Positions 1 to 7,914 are shown, numbered from the stretch's first letter. The stretch: DNA of 26,121 nt from a virus (IMGVR_UViG_3300038393_003171:1-26121); one strand, 5' to 3'. Notes: generated by a model not told the origin, from the letters alone. Translations and numbers: made by a program.

Positions 1-501
1 GACACCATCGCGGTGCAAGCCAACGACAGCCGTTACCACCTCTACAAATGCACCACGGCCGGCACCTCTGCAGCGTCGCAGAGCACGCTGTATCCCGGCA
101 CGGCCGGCGAGTCCGTGACCGATGGCACCGCGGTTTTCACTGAGCAAAATTCGGCGCTGGACAACGGCACGGCCATGGTCGAGCCCTCGGGTGGTGGCTA
201 CGCGCGCGTTGCGGTCACGGCCTCGCTGGCGAACTTCAGCGGCACGCAGGGCGCCGGCACCACCACGGCCTCCACCGGCACGACCGGCACTAGCTCCAAC
301 AACAACGCGATCACCTTCCCCACGCCCTCGGCCGACTGGACCACCGGCACGGTGAAGATTTGGGGCTGGGCTTGGTTCGATGCGTCCTCGGCGGGGAACG
401 CATGGGAGTGGGGTCCGCTGACCGCGCTGCAGTCCGTGCTCAACGGCCAGAGCGCCCCGAGCTTCGCCAGCAATGCGCTTTCTCTGACCGTGGGCAACTG
501 A
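1..501 (+). CDS. Phage structural protein, 5'-truncated; Gp80-like family often annotated 'tail fiber protein', with an inserted CBM-like module
   Basis: Frame 1 is open from base 1. Motifs GGYARVAV...NNNAITFPTPSADW..GTV...FDASSAGN...PSFASNALSL match my recollection of this family. YKCTTAGTS...SVTDGTAVF resembles a small carbohydrate-binding-like module. Confidence 0.7.
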   Translation, partial: DTIAVQANDSRYHLYKCTTAGTSAASQSTLYPGTAGESVTDGTAVFTEQNSALDNGTAMVEPSGGGYARVAVTASLANFSGTQGAGTTTASTGTTGTSSNNNAITFPTPSADWTTGTVKIWGWAWFDASSAGNAWEWGPLTALQSVLNGQSAPSFASNALSLTVGN

Positions 502-507
502 CCAGCC

Positions 508-840
508 ATGGCGCAGCACTACTTCGACAACCAAACTGTCACGACCACGGGTGTGAAAGCACCCAACTCGCTGACAAAGTGGCCCGAGTTCGGCGGCACG
601 GCCCAGGTTGCCGTTTCCGGCGGCACGGCGACGGCGACCGTCGAGCTGCGCGCGTGGAACATCAGCGGCGCCAAGGAAACGTTGGCGCAGTTCGTCTTGC
701 CGGTCGCATCAGGCGCCAAGGCCGGCAACTTGTTCGATTCGGTGGTGGTGGCGAGCCAGTGGGAGAACTGGGATTGGAATGTGCTGGCGCTGGGCGCTGG
801 CGCGTCGCTGCAGCTCACCCTGTCCGGCTCGGGTATCTGA
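508..840 (+). CDS. Small predicted beta-sandwich phage protein, possible virion decoration or base protein
   Basis: 110 aa; ATG 6 nt after the upstream stop; alternating hydrophobic beta-strand pattern; no signal peptide or TM segment. Confidence 0.7.
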   Translation: MAQHYFDNQTVTTTGVKAPNSLTKWPEFGGTAQVAVSGGTATATVELRAWNISGAKETLAQFVLPVASGAKAGNLFDSVVVASQWENWDWNVLALGAGASLQLTLSGSGI

Positions 841-847
841 GGCAGGC

Positions 848-2359
848 ATGGCGACCGTGAACCGGCTGCTCTCCGGTGTGTCCTCCAGCGTGAGGGTGGC
901 ACCCAACGGTCGCGTTCCGACCTACACGCGGCCTGGCACCACGCTGGCCGGTGGCGCAGTGCTGCAGAGCTCTGCATTCACTCGAGCGTTTGCCGCCGGA
1001 ACGCTTGCCACGCTGTCGTCGGGAGCGGTTCTGGCCGGCACTGGCACGCTGCGCTCGCTGGTGAGCGGAACGCTGACGGTGCCCAGCTCTGGCGGCAACG
1101 CTGGTGACATCAACTACCGCTACGTGGGGCCTTCGTCGCTTGGAAGTGGCGACGGATCGAGCTGGGCGAACCGTGCCGCGTGGAGCACCGTCACGCTCCA
1201 GCGGGGCCGCACGTACTACGTGATGGATGGCAACTACACGAGTCGCACTCTCAGCACAGCAGTAAGTGGCACCACGCCGATCACGATCAAGAAGGCCACC
1301 ATCTTCGACCACGGCGAGGACATCAGCGGAGGCTGGAGCGATTCGATGGGCGATGGCCAGGCTGCTTTCGCAGGCACGCTCAACATCACGACGAGCAATT
1401 GGGTCATCGACGGCCAGTTCCGCAACGAGAACAACTGGTTCGATGCCGCTGCCTACGGCTTTTCCATCGGCAGCGACACGGATCAGTCGCAAATCGTCAT
1501 CAAGAACTACGGCAACGCGCCGGACAACGTCACTATCAAGTACGTGTACTGCCCGGGATGGTCAGCCTTCATGCCAAAGACCACCCAGCGCATCTATGCC
1601 ATCGACGTGGATGATGGCGACGGCGGCAGCACCAGCACCGGGTTGGTGTTCAGCCACATGTTCGTGTCGAACTCCAACAACATATGGTTCCTGCGCACGA
1701 CCAGCGGGGCCATCGTTGAATACTCCGCGAGCGACAACGTCAAGTCCAACGGCCCGAACCACGGCGAGATCGTCAACCTCTACTACAGCGGCAACAACTG
1801 CACGGTGCGCTACAACAAGTGGCGCAACTGCTACACGGACACGGGCGGCTACACCGACAACAACGGTGCCTACCGTCACGGTGGCGGTACGTGTCTCGTG
1901 GCCATCACGGCAGCCAACGGCCTGCTGTTTTACGGCAACGAGTGCGTTGATTTCAAAGTCGGCGACGGCGCGCTTGGCTACGACGGACAGTCGTCGAGCA
2001 ACAACCGCGTCTACAACAACACGTTCGTGCGCGGCATCGGCTTCAACAGTGGTTGCCGCTGGGGCACTGGCACCAACAACGTTATCCAGAACAACCTCTG
2101 GATTAACTGCACAACCATCGACATTCAGGGCCAGACGATCAGCCACAACGGTTTTACTGGCTCCACCAGCATCGGCTCCAACGTCCAGTCGGGTATCTCA
2201 CCCACCGCGCTGTTCAACGACTACGCGGCCAACGATTTCACGCTGAAGGTCGCAACCACAGCCGGCACGTCGCTGGCCTCTCCCTACAACGTCGACATGC
2301 TCGGCAACACGCGCGGCGCCGATGGCGTGTGGGACCGCGGCGCTTACGAAAAGGTCTGA
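848..2359 (+). CDS. Right-handed parallel beta-helix (pectin-lyase-like) protein, putative virion-associated polysaccharide depolymerase or adhesin
   Basis: Start moved from the track's 608 to ATG 848 (7 nt after the previous stop; GAGG upstream), 503 aa. YVGPSSLGSGDGSSWANRA cap motif, Asn-ladder repeats (NNRVYNNTF, NNVIQNNLW), and C-terminal DFTL...D..G.TR....WDRGAYE (choice-of-anchor-Q-like). Confidence 0.8.
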   Translation: MATVNRLLSGVSSSVRVAPNGRVPTYTRPGTTLAGGAVLQSSAFTRAFAAGTLATLSSGAVLAGTGTLRSLVSGTLTVPSSGGNAGDINYRYVGPSSLGSGDGSSWANRAAWSTVTLQRGRTYYVMDGNYTSRTLSTAVSGTTPITIKKATIFDHGEDISGGWSDSMGDGQAAFAGTLNITTSNWVIDGQFRNENNWFDAAAYGFSIGSDTDQSQIVIKNYGNAPDNVTIKYVYCPGWSAFMPKTTQRIYAIDVDDGDGGSTSTGLVFSHMFVSNSNNIWFLRTTSGAIVEYSASDNVKSNGPNHGEIVNLYYSGNNCTVRYNKWRNCYTDTGGYTDNNGAYRHGGGTCLVAITAANGLLFYGNECVDFKVGDGALGYDGQSSSNNRVYNNTFVRGIGFNSGCRWGTGTNNVIQNNLWINCTTIDIQGQTISHNGFTGSTSIGSNVQSGISPTALFNDYAANDFTLKVATTAGTSLASPYNVDMLGNTRGADGVWDRGAYEKV

Positions 2360-2362
2360 TCC

Positions 2363-3085
2363 ATGGCAGCCCCTACCTTCGTCACATCGGTTGACACGAG
2401 CACCTGGGCTCAGGCTTTCGGCAGCGCGTTGACCATGGCGGTCACCACCCAGGTGGGTGACCTGCTTGTAGTCGTCGGCAACCTCAAGAGCCACATCGAC
2501 GGCCTGGTCATCTCTGACAGCGCCACCAACACGTGGACGCAGCGCGCGGACCTTGCGGTCGATGGTTCGCACACCGAGGTCTACGTCTGGACGGCCACCG
2601 CCGCCACGGCAGCCTCGGTGACGATCTCAGTGGCACGCGGCGCCGCCGGGGAGGGGGATGATGGCATCGTCTTCGGGGCCACGGCCTACCAATTCCGCAA
2701 CCATGGCGGCGTCGGAGCGGTGGTCACTGGCAGCGGAACGGCCACGGCCCCGAGCGTGAACATGACCACGACTGGCGCAAACAGCGCGGTGGTGATGTTC
2801 GATGCTGACCGGGCCGCCACGGCGCTGACATCGCAGACCTATCGTGCCAACGCTGGCGCATTCACCGAGCGCGTGGCCGCTGTCGCTCAGAACAACGACA
2901 CGCTTGGCAACGAGTACACGCTCTATCACGGCTACCACGCCGATGCCGGCGCCATCGGCACCTACGCGCTGGGTATGACCGCGCCGGCCTCACAAACGTG
3001 GAGCCTGGCCGCCCTGGAGGTGCTGGCTGCTGGAGCCGGCGGCAGCACGCCACGTCGGCGAAGCCTCATGGGCCTGGGCCTCTAA
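2363..3085 (+). CDS. Hypothetical beta-rich phage protein (two similar halves) ending in GGSTPRRRSLMGLGL
   Basis: 240 aa; ATG 3 nt after the previous stop; Thr/Ala-rich with a GDLLVV motif typical of phage accessory fibre-like domains. Confidence 0.7.
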   Translation: MAAPTFVTSVDTSTWAQAFGSALTMAVTTQVGDLLVVVGNLKSHIDGLVISDSATNTWTQRADLAVDGSHTEVYVWTATAATAASVTISVARGAAGEGDDGIVFGATAYQFRNHGGVGAVVTGSGTATAPSVNMTTTGANSAVVMFDADRAATALTSQTYRANAGAFTERVAAVAQNNDTLGNEYTLYHGYHADAGAIGTYALGMTAPASQTWSLAALEVLAAGAGGSTPRRRSLMGLGL

Positions 3086-3111
3086 AAGCCCGCCTTCCCT
3101 CGTCCGTACCA

Positions 3112-3157
3112 AGGCAGCACGCCTGATGGCGTGACTGCCTGCGCCTGCTTGCGGTGC
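3112..3157 (+). promoter_or_regulatory. Two adjacent intergenic RNA hairpins without a U-tract, upstream of an RBS
   Basis: AGGCAGCACGCC-TGAT-GGCGTG(A)CTGCCT (3112-3140, 12 bp with a one-base bulge), then GCGCC-7nt-GGTGC (3141-3157); AGGAG RBS at 3165-3169. Confidence 0.45.
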
Positions 3158-3176
3158 TGATCACAGGAGAATAGTT

Positions 3177-3683
3177 GTGTCTGATAATTTTTCCGCGAAT
3201 CCCGGCAGCGGCGGCGCCACCTTCGGCAGCGATGACGTTGGCGGCGTCCACTACGTCCGGCAAAAGCTCATTCACGGCGCCGATGGCGTCAATGACGGCG
3301 ACGTGAGCGCCACCAACCCGTTCCCGGTCAAAGCCAGCCCGGAGACGGGCACCGTCTACAACGGCAACACCGCGCTGACGCCTAAGTTCGCCGCCATCGC
3401 TGCCAGCACCAGCGGCAACAACACGCTGGTCGCGGCAGTCACCAGCAAAAAGATTCGCGTGCTGGCGCTGTGGGCCAACGCCAACGGCACGGTCAACGGC
3501 AAGTTTCAAACGGGTGCGGGCGGCACCGACCTCACAGGGTTGCTGTACTGCACCGCGCAAAGCGGCATCGTGCTGCCGTTCAACCCCGCCGGCTGGTTTG
3601 AAACCGCCGCGGGTGCGCTGCTGAACCTCAACCTGTCGGCCGCAATCGCGGTCGGCGGCTCGCTGCTGTACGTCGAGGTCTAA
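3177..3683 (+). CDS. Hypothetical phage structural protein (N-terminal SDN...GV.Y.RQKL..G.DG...DVS..NP.PV segment plus a C-terminal beta-sandwich)
   Basis: GTG start with AGGAG 7 nt upstream; 168 aa; codon usage like its neighbours. Confidence 0.75.
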   Translation: MSDNFSANPGSGGATFGSDDVGGVHYVRQKLIHGADGVNDGDVSATNPFPVKASPETGTVYNGNTALTPKFAAIAASTSGNNTLVAAVTSKKIRVLALWANANGTVNGKFQTGAGGTDLTGLLYCTAQSGIVLPFNPAGWFETAAGALLNLNLSAAIAVGGSLLYVEV

Positions 3684-3686
3684 GCC

Positions 3687-4565
3687 GTGCATGCGAACTG
3701 GGGCAAGGCTACGACCACGGGCGGCGCCGGCAACCTGACGCTTGCCGCGATCACCGGCTACCCGACGCCGTACCAATGTGCGGCCGGACGGCAGTTCCCC
3801 TACGTCGCCCTGACGGCGCAGGAGACGCCGCTGGAGGCCGGCTTCGGCTACATGAGCGACGCCTCGACGTTCGTGCGTACTCGCGTCGTGGCGCAGTACA
3901 GCGGCGGCACCGTCACGCACGGCAACCTTACGGCTATGACGCTGCCGAACGGCGCGCGCATCGTGTGCTCGCCCCATGCCGCGTCCATCGAGGCCATGAT
4001 GCCCGTGGTCGATGACACGTCCGGTGTCGGCCGATTCGTGACGACCGGCCACCGGAACCAGACCACGGCGAACCACACAGCCGTTTCGCTGCAGGCCGTT
4101 TATCACCCGTTCCTGCTGCGCTGCGGTGGTGTCGTCGCCAGCATGGCGATCAACGTAGTCACGGCTGCTGCATCTGGCGGCCAGGCCCAGCTCGCGCTGT
4201 ACGCCCTGAAGGCAGGCAGCGGTGGCGTCGGCGACCGCATCAACGGTGCGTACACGGCGGCTTTTGCGGTGGATACCACAGGCTTCAAGGTCGGTTCGCT
4301 GAACACGCCGCAGTTCCTGCCGCCCGGCATGTACGTCGCCGCACTCGAGTACCAGGGCTCTGGCCTGGTACTAACCGGCCACGCAACCACCGGCGCTTCC
4401 CTCATCGGCGGATCGCCATTTGGCTTCAACGGCAACTCCACCACTGCCATCGAGTACCGCACCGAGAACTTGGGCAGCCTCGCGCTGCCCAGCTCCAGCG
4501 GAACGACCACGGCTTCGACGTTGGGCACGGCCCCGGCGCCGATGATCTACCTGGGGGTCCAGTAA
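3687..4565 (+). CDS. Putative fibre-like structural protein; N-terminal domain of the 'DRVKETTTTTGTG.TL'-type phage family plus a C-terminal beta-sandwich
   Basis: 292 aa; ANWGKATTTGGAGNLTLAAITGY...YVAL....LEAGFG......FVRT; followed by a fibre-chaperone-like gene with a TAATG overlap. Confidence 0.65.
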   Translation: MHANWGKATTTGGAGNLTLAAITGYPTPYQCAAGRQFPYVALTAQETPLEAGFGYMSDASTFVRTRVVAQYSGGTVTHGNLTAMTLPNGARIVCSPHAASIEAMMPVVDDTSGVGRFVTTGHRNQTTANHTAVSLQAVYHPFLLRCGGVVASMAINVVTAAASGGQAQLALYALKAGSGGVGDRINGAYTAAFAVDTTGFKVGSLNTPQFLPPGMYVAALEYQGSGLVLTGHATTGASLIGGSPFGFNGNSTTAIEYRTENLGSLALPSSSGTTTASTLGTAPAPMIYLGVQ

Positions 4566-5077
4566 TGGCCGTCACCTACATAGAAAAGGGCGACGGCCTG
4601 CACACGGCCATTTCCCTGGGTGGCCACTGGCTCATCGAGCGCGATGGCGTCTGGATCGCCAGCAACGACGCCGCGGTGCAAGCCGTCATCGACACCTACA
4701 GCCTTGAGCAGGCCAAGGCCTGGGCCTGCTCCAAGGTCGCGCGCCACGCCAAGGCGCTGCGTGATGCCGTGATCGCCGACTACAGCGCTGCCGAAATGGC
4801 GTCCTGGCCGATCAAGTTGTCCGAGGCGGCGAAGTTTGCTGTGTCCGGTGACCCTGACGACGCGCCAATGCTGTCGACCGAGGCCGCCGCCCGAGGCATC
4901 ACGCTGGCCGAGCTCTGCATGAAGGTGGATGGCCGCGCGTCTGAATTCGCCACCCTGGAGGCGCTGATTTCCGGCGTGGACGGCATGCACCGCGATGCCA
5001 TCAACGCCATTGCGGGCGGCCCCGGCGCGTTTGAGGCTGTCGCGCGCTACAACTACCTGACCGGCTGGCCGGTCTGA
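4565..5077 (+). CDS. Tail-fibre-assembly-like helical protein
   Basis: 170 aa; E.ASW..K..EA.......APML..EA.ARG.T.AEL..KV...A..F pattern and terminal GWP, typical of genes that follow phage fibre genes. Confidence 0.65.
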   Translation: MAVTYIEKGDGLHTAISLGGHWLIERDGVWIASNDAAVQAVIDTYSLEQAKAWACSKVARHAKALRDAVIADYSAAEMASWPIKLSEAAKFAVSGDPDDAPMLSTEAAARGITLAELCMKVDGRASEFATLEALISGVDGMHRDAINAIAGGPGAFEAVARYNYLTGWPV

Positions 5078-5081
5078 CGCC

Positions 5082-6386
5082 ATGAGCCTCGGCCTTGGCC
5101 CGCTCGGCACCCACGCGCTGGGCCTGCCGGCGAACACCAGCACCGCCGCACCGGAAAGCTCGCCAGCGCCGCTGCCTCAACTTGCGCTGCTGGGTGGTGC
5201 GACAGCCATCGGCATGTCTGGCACTGCTGGCACTACCAGCAGTGCCAGCCCGGCCACGCTGACCATCACGTATGGCGATGCAATGCCGATGCCGCTGCCT
5301 CAGCTTGCACTGCTGGGCGGCGCCACGGCAACGGGCGGCACTTCTCTGCAGGCCGCGCCTGCCGCCATCGCCACCAGCGCCGCGCCGGCCGCGTTGACGC
5401 TGCGGGTTCCGCTGGCCGGCACTGGCGCCACGGCGGTAACGAACACCGGCTCGGTGTTCAAGGACTACGGCTACCCCGCACCGCTGCCACAACTGGCGCT
5501 GCTGGGCGGCGCCAGTGAAGTAGGCGTCTCGTTTGTCAACACCGAGTTGACCGGTGCCGGCATCGACCCACTGTGGCTGCGCGCGCGGGCAGCGGCGCTC
5601 CATGACGATGGTGCGGTGCTGGCGGGCTCGGGAACGACGCGCACCTCGGGCTATTCAACGCTCATACGGCCGGTGCCGCTGGAGGCAACGCCTTACGTCA
5701 CGTCCTGGGCCGCGGCGCCGGCATCGCTCGTCGTCTCGACGCTGATTACGTCGCCGGAAACTGCGACGGCCTGGGTAGCCGAACCGGCGTTGCTGGTGAC
5801 GTACCGGCTCATCGCCGGCACCAGCAGCGTGTCCGCGCACGCAGCGGCTGCATCACTGACTGTGAGCGCCACGCTGGCCGGCAGTGCCAGTTCGGCTTCG
5901 TCCGGCAGCGCCATGCTCAACGGGGCGGCCCTGTACGGCACTGGCACGACGCCCGCGCGCGGCCAAGGCGACTTCACGCCAGGTGCGCCGTTCCAGCAGA
6001 TCGCTGGCACGGGCGCCACGTCCGTCTCCGGACAGGCCGAATTGGACCTGGGCCTGCCGCGGGTGGTGCTCGTTGCCTCGGCCAGCACGGCGACGAGTGG
6101 CTCTGCCGAGCTGACGCCCGGCGCGCAATCGGTGCAGCTCGCCGGCACTGGCGAAACGCGCGTGCAGCCGGCGACTGTCTCACTCGCCGTGCGCGTGGCG
6201 CTGCAGGCCATCGCCGCGGCTCAGACCAGCGCGCGAGGAACGCTATCGGGGCAGGTGGCCCCGCCGCCGCCGCCCGATCTTGAGTACACGCGCGCGCCGC
6301 TCGGCAGCGGCTTCAACGCGACCAGCGTCGGACCCAAGCCGACAAGCACCCGCCTGCGGGTGCGCACGACGCGCTTCACGAGGTAG
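5082..6386 (+). CDS. Ala/Thr/Gly/Ser-rich repeat protein, putative filament or scaffold
   Basis: 434 aa; starts MSLGLGPLG; three copies of PLPQLALLGGA; about nine degenerate LAG(T/S)G.T...G.A.L units; PPPPP linker and Arg-rich C-terminus. Confidence 0.7.
   Translation: MSLGLGPLGTHALGLPANTSTAAPESSPAPLPQLALLGGATAIGMSGTAGTTSSASPATLTITYGDAMPMPLPQLALLGGATATGGTSLQAAPAAIATSAAPAALTLRVPLAGTGATAVTNTGSVFKDYGYPAPLPQLALLGGASEVGVSFVNTELTGAGIDPLWLRARAAALHDDGAVLAGSGTTRTSGYSTLIRPVPLEATPYVTSWAAAPASLVVSTLITSPETATAWVAEPALLVTYRLIAGTSSVSAHAAAASLTVSATLAGSASSASSGSAMLNGAALYGTGTTPARGQGDFTPGAPFQQIAGTGATSVSGQAELDLGLPRVVLVASASTATSGSAELTPGAQSVQLAGTGETRVQPATVSLAVRVALQAIAAAQTSARGTLSGQVAPPPPPDLEYTRAPLGSGFNATSVGPKPTSTRLRVRTTRFTR
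5169..5513 (+). repeat. Three copies of a 33-nt unit encoding PLPQLALLGGA
   Basis: Copies at 5169-5201, 5292-5324 and 5481-5513; identical peptide, with only synonymous differences in the DNA. Confidence 0.92.
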
Positions 6387-6391
6387 CGAGC

Positions 6392-6955
6392 ATGACCACC
6401 ACGACGATCACCCCCGCCCCGGCGGGCGTGGTCAGCCTGGCTTCGGCCAAGCTGATTTGCAGGGTCGAACATGACCTGGAGGATGCGCTGCTCACGGGCT
6501 ACATCGGCGCTTCGGCACGCATGGCCGAGCAGAAGATGCGGCGCCCCATCCTCCAGGCCACCTATGAGAAGGTGACCGATCAGTTTCTCGCCGTGCTGTC
6601 GCTGGATCATGCGCGCGCGCAGGTGCAGTGGATCAAGTACGTGGACGAGGATGGTGTGCAGCGGGCACTGGACCCTCAGGACTACCTCGTTGACAACGCA
6701 TGCGAGGTCGAGGGCAGCTACGTCGCGCCGGCGTTCGGCCGCTCCTGGCCTGCCACGCGACGGGAAATGAACGCGGTGCGGGTGCGCTACACCGCGGGCC
6801 TGTGCAACGCCGTGGAGGACGTGCCTCCGGACATTGCGACGTGGGTGCTGCAGCACGTCAAGGCGATGTACGACGCCCCGGGCGCCACCAGCGAGCGCGA
6901 GCACAAGACGCTGCCGTACCTGGACTGCCTGCTGGCGCCCTACGTGGTGTTCTGA
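6392..6955 (+). CDS. Head-tail connector protein (HK97 gp6 / phiE125 gp8-like)
   Basis: VSLASAKLICRVEHDLEDALLTGYIGASARMAE...AVRVRYTAG....DVPPDI..WVL..V..MY...LLAPY. Confidence 0.88.
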   Translation: MTTTTITPAPAGVVSLASAKLICRVEHDLEDALLTGYIGASARMAEQKMRRPILQATYEKVTDQFLAVLSLDHARAQVQWIKYVDEDGVQRALDPQDYLVDNACEVEGSYVAPAFGRSWPATRREMNAVRVRYTAGLCNAVEDVPPDIATWVLQHVKAMYDAPGATSEREHKTLPYLDCLLAPYVVF

Positions 6956-6958
6956 CGC

Positions 6959-7294
6959 ATGGGCAGCTTCAACTTCCGGGTGCAGTTCCTGCGCTACTCC
7001 GAGGGCAAGAGCGCCAGCGGCCAGCGGTCCCGCGTGCTGGTGCCGGTGCCCGTGGGCACGCCCGACAACCGGCTGTGGTGCAACGTGCGCTACCCGAACG
7101 GCATGGAGCAGATCAGCAACGGCGCTGACGCATCCATCGTGCGCGCATCTATCAGGCTGCGTTTCCGCACTGGCATCGACGCTGACATGGTGGCCGAGAT
7201 CGACGGGCGCCACCACCAAATCGAGGGCGTACTGCCTACCGATGACAAGAAGTTCATCGACCTGGCCGCCAAGGTCATCAACCTAAAGAGCTGA
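6959..7294 (+). CDS. Head-tail adaptor / head closure protein (SPP1 gp16-like)
   Basis: 111 aa directly after the connector; G.FN.RV.F...W.NV....G.E...ASIRLRFRTGIDADM....DGR...IEGVLP. Confidence 0.85.
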   Translation: MGSFNFRVQFLRYSEGKSASGQRSRVLVPVPVGTPDNRLWCNVRYPNGMEQISNGADASIVRASIRLRFRTGIDADMVAEIDGRHHQIEGVLPTDDKKFIDLAAKVINLKS

Positions 7295-7297
7295 CGC

Positions 7298-7843
7298 ATG
7301 GCGAAGATTTTTCACGACTCGGTCGCTCAGACGAGCAACAGCACGGGCACGGGCGATTTCACCCTGTCCACCACCACCACCTATCTTGGCCGGCGCACTC
7401 TGCAGTCCGTGCCCGGCCTGGCCGTAGGCGATACCTTTGCCTACCGCATCGCACTCGTGGATGCGGATGGTCAGGAAACGGGCGTGTGGGAGACGGGCGA
7501 GGGCACTTACGTTTCTGCCAACACGGTGCGCCGCACGTCACCGCAGGCGGGCAGTGCCGGCGCCGCGACGCTCGTGAACTTTGGCGCCGGCACAAAAAAG
7601 TTCACCTTGACAGTTAACGCGGCCGACATGCGTTGGCTCGCAGGCCTGGCATCTGGATGCACGATCAACAGGGGAACAGATGGGTACATCACCACTGTGG
7701 TCGAAAACGGCATCACGTACACCTTCAACTGGATCACGGTCGCTGGCCTTAAGCGCCTGGGGACCGTCACCGGCGGCGGCAAGACCTGGACGATGAGCCA
7801 TTCCGCAGACGGTCGCAGCATCACAGGCATCACCGTCACCTGA
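7298..7843 (+). CDS. Phage structural protein with a 'DRVKETTTTTGTG.TL'-type N-terminal domain and a short beta-meander C-terminus
   Basis: DSVAQTSNSTGTGDFTL...YRI......WETGEGTY....VRRT....S.....VNFGAGTKKF. Confidence 0.75.
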   Translation: MAKIFHDSVAQTSNSTGTGDFTLSTTTTYLGRRTLQSVPGLAVGDTFAYRIALVDADGQETGVWETGEGTYVSANTVRRTSPQAGSAGAATLVNFGAGTKKFTLTVNAADMRWLAGLASGCTINRGTDGYITTVVENGITYTFNWITVAGLKRLGTVTGGGKTWTMSHSADGRSITGITVT

Positions 7844-7873
7844 CGCCTCCGCGTTTCCCACCGCCTCGAATTC

Positions 7874-7903
7874 AGCCCGCCTAGCGCGGGCTTTTTCATT
7901 TTT
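7874..7903 (+). terminator. Rho-independent terminator
   Basis: AGCCCGC-CTAGC-GCGGGCT followed by TTTTCATTTTT. Confidence 0.8.
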
Positions 7904-7914
7904 AGGTGTAGCCC

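Noticed and set aside
608-847. N-terminal extension of the 583-aa ORF in the track
   Set aside because: It overlaps the 508..840 gene and reads as Arg-rich shadow sequence; ATG 848 fits the operon spacing.
7660-7843. Rhs/YD toxin
   Set aside because: Only ~60 aa of YD-like beta-meander; no Rhs core, cleavage motif or toxin/immunity pair.
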